IMG/VR virus record: IMGVR_UViG_3300021197_002023
Location: 1-53,769 of that record
Source of the DNA: a virus
Taxonomy: Duplodnaviria > Caudoviricetes
Reading direction: 5' to 3' (one strand)
DNA length: 53,769 nucleotides
Shown here piece by piece: positions 35,916 through 48,600 of this stretch; positions within the stretch are counted from its first letter, which is position 1; each line of letters opens with the position of its first letter. A model generated the notes under the pieces. That model had not been told where the DNA came from. It made no database searches and was given only the letters and a program-made list of their open reading frames with translations. Position numbers and translations under genes: made by a program.

Positions 35916-37751
35916 GTGCCTAATAATAAAAAAAGAAAAATACCAATCAATTATACAAGCAGAGAATTCAACTCCATCAAAACTGATCTGGTAAATTATG
36001 CAAAAAGATATTACCCAGATACTTTTCAAGACTATAATGAGGCTTCTTTCGGATCTTTAATGTTAGATTCAGTAGCCTATGTGGGAGATATTTTATCGTT
36101 TTACTTAGACTATCAAGTAAATGAGTCCTTTTTGGACACTGCCAACAATTATGAGAATGTTTTAAAGTTGGCAAAACAATTAGGGTATAAAAAAACAGGC
36201 ATCCCAGTTTCAACAGGTCCAGTTGCCCTTTACGTAATCATACCTGCCGCAACAGTTGGGGATGACATATCATTTCAGCCAGATTACTCATATGCCCCAG
36301 TCTTAAGAAGGGGTGCGATTTTCTCAACCATTTCGGGTGTTCCATTTACTTTGGTAGAAGATGTTAATTTTAATAGCACTTCTTCGGAAGCTGTTGTTGC
36401 AGAAGTAGATCCAACCACTTCAAACCCATTGAGTTATGCCATAAAAGCCTACGGGCAGGTAATTTCTGGAGAGGTCTTTAAACAAAATTTCACCATCGGA
36501 GAGTACGAAAGATTCCCCAGAATTTCCCTAGCAGGAAACAGTGTAGTAGGAGTGACATCTGTTGTCGACTCAGACGGGAATAAATTTTATGAAGTGGATC
36601 ACCTCTCACAAGACACAGTTTATATTCCAGTTAGGAATAACAATATAGATTTATCAAGCCAAGTTCAAGATACGGAACCTGTTTTTATAATGAAACAGCT
36701 TTCTGTTCCAAGAAGATTCATAACTGTACATGAGGGTGGGAAAACATTTCTACAATTTGGGTTTGGATCTGAGGATAATTTGAATTCTGAAGTTGTTACT
36801 GATCCATCTCGGGTAGGCATAAACATGCATGGCAGAGACTATATACAAGATGTCTCTTTTGATCCGACTAATCTTATAACAACGGACAAATTAGGTCTTG
36901 CGCCATCTAATACGACTTTGACTGTCACTTACAGGCAAAATAGCGCACAGAATGTCAATATTTCAGCAAAAACTCTTACAAATATAACAAACCAATCATT
37001 TGATTTCTCTAATATTGGATCTTTAAACAGCGCAAAAGTTAAATCTGTCATTGCATCTTTGGAGTTTGAAAACGAAGATCCAATTGTTGGAAGTACGCGA
37101 GAGGATTCATCTGAAGAAATAAAATATAAAGCATATGGAATGTTTTCATCTCAAAACAGGGCAGTAACTCAACAGGACTATATGTCATTAATATACAATA
37201 TGCCTGCAAAATTTGGATCAGTTAAGAGAGCGGCTATTTTACAAGACAAAAATTCATTCAAAAGAAACTTAAATGTGTATGTTGTTTGTGAGGATGAATT
37301 CGGAAAATTAACGGCATCTAACTCAGCTATAAAAAATAATATTAAAACTTGGCTATCAACAAACAAGATGATCAATGATACAATAGATATTCTGGATGCG
37401 AAGATAGTTAATTTAGGATTGCAATTTAGTATAATTACAGACACAAACGTAGATGCTTATGAGATACTAAACGAGGCTACAAAAAGCTTGCAACAATATT
37501 TTAGAGATTCATCCTTAAACATCGGCGAGTCAATTAGGTATGGAGATATTTTGAGAGTGTTGAAGAACATAGATGGGCTTTTAGATGTTGTTCAGTTGAG
37601 AGTTGTTAGAAAAACGGGAGCTTCATATTCAACAGCGATATTTAATATAGATCAAATGACAACGGCAGACGGAAGAATAGTAGTAGCGCCATCGGATGTA
37701 ATATTCGAAGTAAAATTTCCAGAAGTAGACATAACAGGGACAATTGCATAA
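35916..37751 (+). CDS. Baseplate wedge subunit, T4 gp6-like
   Basis: YTSREFNSIK, DYNEAS, VGDILSFYLDYQVNESFLDTA, AKQLGYK, QFGFG, QNRAVTQQDY. Confidence 0.9.
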   Translation: MPNNKKRKIPINYTSREFNSIKTDLVNYAKRYYPDTFQDYNEASFGSLMLDSVAYVGDILSFYLDYQVNESFLDTANNYENVLKLAKQLGYKKTGIPVSTGPVALYVIIPAATVGDDISFQPDYSYAPVLRRGAIFSTISGVPFTLVEDVNFNSTSSEAVVAEVDPTTSNPLSYAIKAYGQVISGEVFKQNFTIGEYERFPRISLAGNSVVGVTSVVDSDGNKFYEVDHLSQDTVYIPVRNNNIDLSSQVQDTEPVFIMKQLSVPRRFITVHEGGKTFLQFGFGSEDNLNSEVVTDPSRVGINMHGRDYIQDVSFDPTNLITTDKLGLAPSNTTLTVTYRQNSAQNVNISAKTLTNITNQSFDFSNIGSLNSAKVKSVIASLEFENEDPIVGSTREDSSEEIKYKAYGMFSSQNRAVTQQDYMSLIYNMPAKFGSVKRAAILQDKNSFKRNLNVYVVCEDEFGKLTASNSAIKNNIKTWLSTNKMINDTIDILDAKIVNLGLQFSIITDTNVDAYEILNEATKSLQQYFRDSSLNIGESIRYGDILRVLKNIDGLLDVVQLRVVRKTGASYSTAIFNIDQMTTADGRIVVAPSDVIFEVKFPEVDITGTIA

Positions 37752-39673
37752 TGGCTATTAAAAGATACATTGCAACATCAGACAACACGATCACGAATGC
37801 ATTTCAAATGGATCTTTCTACGAGAGGCACAGGATCTAATATGGGCGCAGCAGACACACTAGAAGCATTTTATATTTATGGTCAAGTAAGCTCTTCTGCT
37901 GGAACAACTGCTGAAAAATCAAGGATTCTTGTTCAATTTGATATCGACAAAATGAATCAAGATAGAACTAACGGATTGATTCCTGCTAGTGGTAATGTCG
38001 CTTGGTATTTAAACCTTTACAATGCCCCCCACTCATTTACTCTTCCCAAAGATTTTAAGATGGTTATTAAAGTTTCTTCTGGTTCTTGGCAAGAAGGGCA
38101 TGGCTTGGATATGGATAACTATACAAACCAAACCTACGAAGGGACAGGATCTAACTGGGTAAGAAAAGGCGCATCCGGAGATGGTAATTCAACTTGGCTA
38201 ACTGAAGGTGGTGATTTCGCAGAAAGCCTACTATCTCCAGTCTATACTGCTTCATTTACTGACGGAACAGAAGATTTGTCTGTTGACATTAGCGACATTG
38301 TTGAAGATTGGATGACTGGTGGAGTGACAGCTTCTACTCATGGTCTAGTTGATAACGCTGCCTCCCCTACAAATACAGATGATATTACTTTTACTCTCAT
38401 AGACTCCCAAGGAACAACTGTTGTATTTAGGCTGGATAAGGATGTCACAACCGCAGGAGAAGTCATAGGCACCTCTGGATTGGCGAACGCCGCCGCGATC
38501 ACAACTAAGATCATAGAATCAATAAATAATGTAACTCAGTTGAGAATAACGGCCGCTTCTTCTGACGCTGGAACAAATATATTTACTATAACTATGGATG
38601 ACATAGGGTTGGCGGGAAATAAAATTGGTGGTCCCGGAGATTTTGAAGATTCGGGCTCTAACAAAACTGGAACACAGTGGATCACAACTGAAAATGACAA
38701 TTTTGTAAATGGGACAGGTATACCAAACTACGGACTAGGGGTGTTCTTATCTTCTAGTTATGAGACTGGATCTCACTCATACTATACCAAAAAGTTCTTT
38801 GCTAGATCAAGTGAATACTTCTTCCTTAAGCCAAACCTAGAAGCTCGATGGGACTCTTCTGAAAAAGACAACGCTGTTAATTTTGCAATGAGTAGTTCTT
38901 TAGCAACCGGAGAGGACAATTTAAACACCCTCTATTTGTACAATTATGTTCGAGGGAAATTGCAAAACATCCCGAATAACGCATCTCACGCGAACACAGG
39001 CGTTAAAATGATGGTAAGCCTATACTCTAACTCGGCAGGTAATTTATACGATAAGTTGCCTCTCCCAAAGGGTGGAGGTGTTGTTACAACGGGTCACTTA
39101 AATGTGACAGGCGGCATTATCTCAACAGGAGTTTACACCGCTTCATTAGCGATGAGCCACTCTTTAGACTCAGTATACGCTGCATGGCATTATGACGATG
39201 TTGTCACTTATCATACTGGCTCTGAAATTGCTGTCAACACTTTGAATGCATCCAATTTCAACCCCGATCCAGATTATGTAACAACCATTGATAATTTAAA
39301 ATCTGTTTATTCTAGAGAGGAGGATGCTAGATTTAGATTGTTTATTAGGTCTAAAAATTGGAATCCAAATAATTACACTACAATGCAATCAACTATTCCT
39401 AGCGAGGCTGTGGAAGACGCATATTTCAGTTTATATAGAATTGTGGATGATTATGAAATAATTTCTTATGGCACTGGTTCTGCGACGTCTCCCCAAGGTG
39501 ATGGCACAGCAGGCTCATATACGAGATTATCTTACGATATTTCTGGGAATTATTTTGATTTAGATATGAGTTTGTTACAGGCTGGCTATGAATATGGATT
39601 AAAGTTTGCTTACTATTCAAATGGATCTTACAGAGAGCAGAAAGAAGTGTTTAAATTTAAAGTAGAGGAATAG
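37751..39673 (+). CDS. Putative virion structural protein (640 aa), beta-rich
   Basis: DNTI...SRILVQFD...WQEGHG pattern reminiscent of DNRLRE-type domains; translationally coupled to the gp6-like gene. Confidence 0.6.
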   Translation: MAIKRYIATSDNTITNAFQMDLSTRGTGSNMGAADTLEAFYIYGQVSSSAGTTAEKSRILVQFDIDKMNQDRTNGLIPASGNVAWYLNLYNAPHSFTLPKDFKMVIKVSSGSWQEGHGLDMDNYTNQTYEGTGSNWVRKGASGDGNSTWLTEGGDFAESLLSPVYTASFTDGTEDLSVDISDIVEDWMTGGVTASTHGLVDNAASPTNTDDITFTLIDSQGTTVVFRLDKDVTTAGEVIGTSGLANAAAITTKIIESINNVTQLRITAASSDAGTNIFTITMDDIGLAGNKIGGPGDFEDSGSNKTGTQWITTENDNFVNGTGIPNYGLGVFLSSSYETGSHSYYTKKFFARSSEYFFLKPNLEARWDSSEKDNAVNFAMSSSLATGEDNLNTLYLYNYVRGKLQNIPNNASHANTGVKMMVSLYSNSAGNLYDKLPLPKGGGVVTTGHLNVTGGIISTGVYTASLAMSHSLDSVYAAWHYDDVVTYHTGSEIAVNTLNASNFNPDPDYVTTIDNLKSVYSREEDARFRLFIRSKNWNPNNYTTMQSTIPSEAVEDAYFSLYRIVDDYEIISYGTGSATSPQGDGTAGSYTRLSYDISGNYFDLDMSLLQAGYEYGLKFAYYSNGSYREQKEVFKFKVEE

Positions 39674-39680
39674 TGCCAGT

Positions 39681-42600
39681 ATGAACATATACGACTTATA
39701 TGGTGGAACATTTTCTGGCGGACCCGGAAAGATTGAGGTAATTGCTAAGAATCCCGGAGCAAGCATTGTTAAGCCCGGATCTATGAAGGAATACCGTGTT
39801 GGCACCAGTATTGATCAAATTTCTAGAAAAATAGAATCACCCGATTATATCTCTGAATTCTCTTTCGATAGAAGTCGCTACATACCTCAGATAGATTTTT
39901 CTGATCCCTCAAAATTCGCTTATTTTGGATCTGCACAACAATATTACATAAAGGCAATAGAGAATATATATCGATTCTATCCTTATGATGGATCTTTAAA
40001 AGAAAAATTAGAATGGCATAATGAATCATCCTACTTTGACAATTATGTTTTCGAAAAAGAATACCCTAGAACTAATGGGTATGTAGAAATAGGCGAAACT
40101 TGGGGATCTGCTGCAACGTCGACATTGACCGTAGCTCCAGACCAGTACAAATTATCCAATGCCCCACAATATATATCAGTTAAGGGAGGACCCCATGCGG
40201 CTTCCGTGCCAACCTATACTTCTGGCACATATAGTAAAAATTTAAGTTTTAAAGAAGCGGAACAGAAAGCGAATATATATGATGCAGAATCTCGCCAAAT
40301 GCAAAATTTTACTATTGATGGAACAAAGGGAAATACAGTAGAGTTTTGGCTAAAGCTACCTCTTGAGCCATCAAAGAGTCAGACCTCCCCATCTCATGCA
40401 TACTTTGATCTTTGGAATGGCGAAACCATAGGGCAAAATCCATATGGAAGGTTTCTTGTCGAAACAAGATATAACAACTCGACAGGACCAGCAGGGGATT
40501 ATGTAGGAGATAGTTTTTTCCATATTACCTATATGAGCGGTACCGCAGGAGTCCTTAGAGCAAAAGTAGGAGCAAAGGAGCTAACTGGAGCGCTCGGCAT
40601 AAATCTAGCAGATTGGAACCACTGGGCCTTTACTGTAGAAAATGCTACAACCGATGACTTAGAGATTAAGCTCTACGCCAATGGGGAATTAATTGAAACA
40701 ACTTTAACGGGATCAGCAATTCAACCAGTCCGAACAGGGTCATTCAATGCCCTCATAGGTGCTTACAAACATGCCCCGGACTCCGATGCAGCTTCTGCTG
40801 GATTTCTTGGAGAAGGAAATGGAACCCTAAGCGGATCTTACTTTGATGAATTTAGATTTTGGACAATACATAGAGATTCTGATGATATCAAGTTTAATTG
40901 GTTTAAGCAAGTGGCAGGCGGTACCAACACGGATTATGGCACCGCAAGGTCTAAATTTTACCGAGATACAAACCCGGTTAATTTGGGCGTATATTTTAAA
41001 TTTAATGAAGGAATTACAACCTCTGCGGAGCATGATAGGGTTACGCTAGATTATTCTGGTCGTGTGTCTAATGGCTATATTTCTAATTACACTTCCGCCA
41101 TGAGATCAACCGGATCAGCAATTGTGGAGAAAAAAGCTGCCACAAGAGAATTTAAAGATCCTATCATATATAAGTTCCATCCAGATGTGGTCGCGTATGA
41201 GCACTCTTCTAGCATAAAAGGAAGAGAATACGACGGAAGAAACTCAATGTTCCTGCAAAACATGCTCCCAAGTTGGATAATTGAGGAAGATGAATTTAAG
41301 GGAAAAAACCAAGCGCTATACTTAAACCAGATTTTGGCAAGCTATTTAGATAATTTGTATCTTCAAATTGAAAAAATGCCTAGCTTGAAGAATATTGACT
41401 ATGTTAGTGGATCTTCAAGTGGTAGCATTAATAAGCCAATTCCTTTTGCTGACAGATTATTGGCAAACGCTGGTCTTGTTGTCCCCGAAATATTTTCAAA
41501 TGCCAATGTTTTTGAGTCTTTAGCAGATAGAGATGACGAGAGAGAATTTGAAAGAAAGCTGAATGATATTAAGAATCAAATATATTCAAATATATACAAT
41601 AACTTAATTTATATCAACAAATCAAAGGGTACCATTAAGTCAATTACAAACATGATGAGGTGCTTTGGGGTTGATGATGATTTGTATAGCATTAATTTTT
41701 ATGCCAACAATGCTCAATTGGATTTAAAAGGCAATTTTGTACCCAAGACAATTAGAAAAAGTTATGCCGATTTCTCAACAGCAGATAAGTTTGGAGCCAG
41801 CGTGTTTCAAATGACACAATCTAGCAATACTAATTCTGTGTCTTTCATTACTGGTAGTTACAAAGGGGCAACTGAGGCATCCCCATCGGCAGATGGTTGG
41901 GACACAGAGAACTCATTCACACTAGAGACGGAAGTTCTTTTTCCAAACTATCCCAACCCAATTCAGCCGGGAGGCAGAGAGAGGGATTTTAATAATGTTT
42001 CCGCGTCATTGTTTGGCATTCACTCGGCAGTTGTCGAGGCAGCATCTGACCCCGGAGATACAACTTGGGCAGGCAGAGATTATGCAAACTTTCAAGTTTA
42101 TGCGGTTAGAGAAAAAGCAAATAATGCAGAAAACGAAAGCAGAAATGTAAGATTTATTTTAACATCGTCAAACCCACTATCTACAGATAATGGCTTGATT
42201 TCTGAGATGACTTCTCAAACATTTAAACAAGTTTATGATGGTGACCGATGGAATTTTTCTGTTAGAGCATACCCATCTAAGTACCCGAATGTTGGCTATG
42301 TATCGGGGTCTGAAGATACCGAATATACAGTGCAATTTACAGGGTTTAACATGGTGGGAGACGTTGTTAAAGATAGTTTTGACCTAACGTCCTCTATATC
42401 AAGAACAAACGGTATTTTGTTCAATAACAGCAATAAAAGAATATATGTTGGTGCTCACAGAACCAACTTTACCGGGGACCTTCTGTGCCCCACTAATGTT
42501 AAAGTTTCATCTTGTAGATATTGGGCGATAAAGCTGGAAGATCATGAACTTTACTCACATGCTCTTGATCCAAAAAATTATGGTGTCTATAATCCAATGC

Positions 42601-45600
42601 AAACCTCCCATCTTTTACAAGACAGGGGTGGGCAATATCCGGTTGATATACCAAAAATAAAATCATTGTGGATGAACTGGGATTTTGACACGCTCACCGG
42701 ATCAGACACTGGGGAATACAATGGAGAATTTTCTGTAGCTGATTTCTCTTCTGGTTCCGGCGAAAATATATACAAAAGTTATATATCCGCTGGTGCAGAG
42801 AAGCAACATACGGGAAGAGGTGTGTATTTCCCTGCTGGAAACAACCAAACAGGGTCAATTTCTAGGGAATATGTTTATGCATATAGGCAACAAGTACCAG
42901 AAAATTTAAACAACCTAAACGCAATTAAAGTTTTAAACAGAGACGATGAGTTTTTTACCAAGAGAACAAGACCAGTTAGCTTTTCCATGTCAGTCGAGAA
43001 GAGCATGTACCAGAACATTTCAGAGGAAATGATCAACTTTATCGCAGCTTCTCAGGAAGCTAGTGCTATGGAAGACCTTATTGGTCGACCAGTTAATAAA
43101 TATCGAGACAGATACAAAGATTTAGAAAAAGTAAGAAATATATTTTTCACTAGAATAGGCAATGTCCCCGATGTTGATAAGTATATAGAGTATTTTAAGT
43201 GGTTAGACACCAGCATCAGTCAGATGATACAGCAAATCGTCCCCGTATCTTCTAATTTTAGTTCAGTGAGGAATATGATTGAAAGTCATATTTTTGAAAG
43301 GTCTGGAAAGTACAAGCATAAATTTCCAACGATAGAGCGGGTTTATCCAAAAGATAAGTCTGTTGATGAGTATCTAAACCAAATACAATATAATTCAATA
43401 CAAACCTCTGAAGGCGGATACAATGCAATTGCGACAAGCCGCCTTTCACCAGAAACCTTAAGTATACGAGGCTCAAATGTTAGCGTCCCTTCGCACATGG
43501 CAAGGCAACTAACTAGCTGGTCTAATAATCACGCCAGCATAGAAAATGCTGGAGACACACCTGATCAGGCTGAGTCTTTGTGGTGGTGGAGAAATAGAGT
43601 AGAATTTAGCGCTGATACGTCAAAAAATTCAGGCAATACAGCTTTAAATACATCTGCCACTAAAACTTTTGAAGCAGCCACGTCTCGCACACAGCAAGCT
43701 GGTTATAATATTATATTAAGCTCCGAAGAGACGCCGATATCCTCACCAAACCCGGACAGTATTTTATCTTTTGCAGTTGATTCTGGAGGAGATGCCATTT
43801 CCTTTAATGACCAAAACAGATCTAGACCGAAAAAAGACAGGAACTTTAGAGATGTTGTGTTTAGGGAGGCACCTGCTGGTTCTGGAACTAGACTATCTTT
43901 CAACACCTCTACTTTTGCAAGACAACCTAACACAAACACTCTGGATAAAATTGATCCAAACAGAAAGTTCAAGCCAGAATTTAATGTCGAGTTACCCTCA
44001 GTCTCCACTGAGACCGGCGTTGATGGTAGAAAATACGCCCCGATATCTTTCCAGAGTTCATCAACGAGCAATCCATTTGTAACAGGAAGCACCCCGTGGC
44101 ACATAGGCTATGAACTTTCAACTCAGCATCTGCAAGATTATTATTTAGATAATAAAGATATTCCTATACAAGGTCCATTTACACAACAAAATGTGGGTGG
44201 TTACGCTTATAGACACGCTGGCTTAAATCTTGGTGTCGCGTCCACAACAAGACAAGAGGCTTGGTATGCATACAGAACAATTACAGCCAATCCCAATGGT
44301 GTTAGGTTTGACTTTTACAATATTTATGATCTGCCCGGAGGTGTAAATGCTCCGAGAGCTACAATGCTAAGAGAAGAGGTTGCCAAGAGACCTTTAAATA
44401 TTAAAAATATAAAAAGCACCACTTCTAGCGCTAATACGCAAAATCCGTATTTACCACCAGTTAATGAACTCGGCTCAACCAAAGTATATAACGGTAATTA
44501 CGAAAAAGATTATCAGATAATTCAAATAGCAGACAGAGACACAAACAATAGGTATTTTGTCGACAATGGTGGTATTTCTACGGCATCTGCCGCATCTACC
44601 GGAACGCCATCTGTTTCTGGCTCATACGACTGGACGGTGCCAGATAGGGGCAAAAACGAACATATATTTGTTAGTAGATTCTCTGCCCCCGGAGGTCCTG
44701 AAGTTAATGGTCAGGCGTTTTTAAATTATGAGTCTGAGGTATATTCTCCTTATAATGCAATGACATACAGAAACTTATCAGTTAGGCAACCATTACAGAC
44801 GCTGCTAACAAGGCATACTGCTTTTGGTGGTTTAGAAAATGACCCCGGAGATGCCGCCTCCTTAACTAAAGCAATAAAAATTACTGGAGTTGCTAATAAT
44901 GATAGGTTTACAGTAATCGTACCATCCGCGATTAGCGGATCAAATACCACTATAACCATTAGAGTCCTTTCAACAGCCTTGGGCACCCCCCCATCAAATG
45001 AGGCACAAGTTCGAGAAGGAAGTTCTGCCGAGGCTACGAGAAACAGAATGGTGGGTCTAATCAACGGAAATAATGGTGTTGCCACGACTGTATACAAGTA
45101 TGGTGCAGGATCTGGCGATTACACAAGTGGTATCGCAGGAATTACAGCCACAGCAGTTGATGACGGCGGTCAGTTTTTCATAACAATAACTGCGAACAAG
45201 GATGGAGCCGCAGGAAATGGCACTATATTCACAGATGTTGCGGGAACTATGATTGCTGGCGGCGGCGCTGGATCATCCCCAGCAAGACTCTTTGGGGGAA
45301 GAGGGGTATCTTTTCGGGCGTCATTTCACAAAACACAAAGAAACGCTATAAGGCGTATAAAATATACAGATATATTTGGAACAGCAGCAACAAGTAGTAT
45401 TTATGACAACTATTATGTGCAGCATCAAATTCCTCAAAGCGATAGGCAATACGCTTGGATTAGCGCTTCTGCTGTAACGACTCCTTTAGGGTTTTCTCAA
45501 AAAGATTATGCTAACAGAAGTTTTGCGTCAACCGATATAGCATTTGTTACTGCAAGTGATTTTGGCGCATTCATCAACACTTCGTTGTTGGGAAATGGAA

Positions 45601-48600
45601 AGTACATTTTTGGTCGCCCCGCCGCCTCCGCAGGGGCACTTTTCTTGCCACAAGATTTTATAGGTTTAAACAATTTTACATATCTAAGCGCCAACGAGAT
45701 GGACAACAATACACTGTCGTTTAATTTAAATACTGATTTTGTTGGGGCAACCATTGTTGGCGGTGCTTTGGGCAGCGCTGCACCCGTAGAGGGACTAAAC
45801 ATAAATCTTTTAAAAGGCAATGGTCCATACGGCTACCCTTCTTGGAAGCAGATACAAAATTCATATAATCCAATTGTAAGATACATGAAGCGTATTAATA
45901 GGTTTTCTATTTTAACAGAGAACATAACGATTTCTCCCGGCGATCTTAAGCAGCAGTATTTAAAAACTCAGACCTTGCAGAACTTTACTGAGCCGATGGT
46001 TTCTTTCAAATATAAGCCAATTGAACATGATTTGATTGCGATTACAGAGAAAGATGAGCAAACTAAAATAGAAATAGATAGTTCTTATTCAAATTGCCTA
46101 TCTGGTTTTGCTAATAATAAAATAGATCTGCTTTTGAATTACAAAAAGAATATAAATGATATAAAATTGGTATATAACTCTCTAAAAAATATGTACTTGG
46201 GAAACAACATTCCAAGTGGATCTAACCCAGTTAAGGGCTTGGAAAAGCTCTCCTACAGAGAGGTGGTTTATCCACGCGAAAGAAACACAGGTTTAGCAAA
46301 AACAAGGAGCAGGGAAAACTATACGGTTTCAAGTGGATCTTCTGATTTTAATCTTCGCTTGGGTGATTCTTTGGCTTTTTGGAAAGACAATATCAATGAT
46401 AGATTAAGAAGTGATGCAGAAGCGAGAAATGCACAGGGGTTGATTATCGCCAGTGGCTCGTCCTACTTTGGATTAACTGACATGAGTATTTGGCCACTAG
46501 ACGCCGAGGAGCCATTTTTAGATTTATATCAAATATCTTCTTCTGCTGGACAAGACGGAAAGCACGATCCATATTATTGGGCACCCTTATCCCCTTCATC
46601 AGCCGCCGGAACACCTCTTGGGGGATTAAATCCAGCTAGAACTTCAAGAATCGGGAACTTAAATAAAAATGGAGAATTATCATACGCTGGTTACATCTAT
46701 GGCTTATTTGGAATTAACATTCAGGGCAAGGTGCGCCAAGAGGGAGCACTAACTGGCTCAGGGCCCCTTCCAAACTTTTTGGGCAATGGCACTTCAGATG
46801 ATGGCTTGAACTACAGCCCTTCGGCGTCGTTTCAATATGAATACCCAAGCATGATGATGTCTGGTGCTATTGCAGGCTCGCGTTTCAACTCTCCCTCCGC
46901 CTCTTTACACCTCATGGCTCCATATCGAGCCGATATTTTGAGCGGGAAAACCCCATGGTTCAATTCTTATGAAGATTACGCAGAGGATATTAGAAGAATA
47001 GCAAAAGATTACACAGTAATTCCTGAGTTTAGAATCTCAGATCACATAGATTATTATTTAAAAGAGGGATTCTTTGCTGATAATAACAAATTTTTGGACA
47101 TAATAGGGGCTTCGCTGGCTAACACGTCTAGTGCCACAGCAGAAACTGGCTCTTTTCAGCCAGACTTCTTTAAAGTGTATTCTCATAGTGATTTTATGAA
47201 ACATTTTTCCATCATTCAGGAAGATCACAAGAAAAACAGCACTGCTTTTGCATCTACATTGAGATTAGAGGCTAGCGCCATAAAAAAATTGTTACCATAT
47301 CAAGGATTTTATCCTGTTTTGAGGTCTATGCAATTAGGACAACTATTTTCTTCTTCTTATGCGCCTTTTATAACTGGCTCCAATGCGCGTGACGGAGCAC
47401 AAGAGCGACTCGCTGCACTTTACCAGCCATTTTTTGCTCCGGGTATTTTCTTTAATACAATTAAGTCAGGCATTGCCGTTTCATACCCAGTACATACAGC
47501 ATCTGCTCCGATTTTAGATAAAGCTAATGGTCTAACTGTTTCTGTCCCGACTTCGGCATCTTTATTCGTGTCAAATGTGTATACGACAACTCCGAATTAC
47601 AACTTCCCATTCGAAGCTATTCTAGACCCAGATCAGTATTTGCCATTGTCTTCGTCTCTAACCAGTTCGACAATAAACACTTTATCTTCGAGCGTGTACT
47701 TTGTATATCCAAACTTTACGGGATCTGTTGCTGGCAATGCTTTTTTTGATAGTTATTATACTGCACAGACAGTCGACAACCCGTATACTCCGTATGGTGG
47801 GGTGGTGAGAGATCAGCCTCAATTCTTTTTCGAGTGGCAGGGACAAAGTGACCCCAAGTATTCTATTGCTGCGAGTAATTTCTTTGCAGAGACAGTTGAT
47901 TTTTTCTTAGATCGAGGCACTTTAACTAGTTTTATTTCGAAACCCGAGAAAGATTTTAAGTCTATGGTGTCTGGATCAACGTACTACATGGACGTATTAC
48001 TGTATAAAACAGATGACTATGTGTCCTACGAAGGACCACCATCAGGGACGTTCAATTATGATGGAGGGGCAAAATATGCTGATGGTGGTTTCTTATCAGA
48101 CGCTCTAAAGAATGCAAACGGAGATGGATTCTTAAATAAAGGAATTTCAGCTAGAGGAATGCATTATGGTCCGTCCTACAAATCTAGTGGTATTGCGTGG
48201 GGGTCCACCGGTACCGGAAGCGTACCATATGCTGCATTTAGGGCGCAGGACCCAACTTACGCTCCACATACACCCCCATATTTCTATGGAACCTCTAGAG
48301 CGAGAATTGGCTTTAAGCCTGACAAAGTAAGAGACATGACATCTGGTGAATCATCCAAATTTACTTTAGAGGAAGTTTTATCAAATGCAAAAGTAGAAAC
48401 AATCTACCAGAATGAAAACGAAAGAGCCAAAACCTTGCAAGAGGACAGCTATAGAAATAATTTTGCTGCTGGCATCTCCCAGATGCAGTTGAGTTCTTCT
48501 GTTAATCTTTTTGGACAGATCACCCTTAAAGAAATCCAGTATGGCACAGAAAGAAACCGCGATGGAACCTTTAAGGCAAGAAGCGCAACAACTCCAGTTG

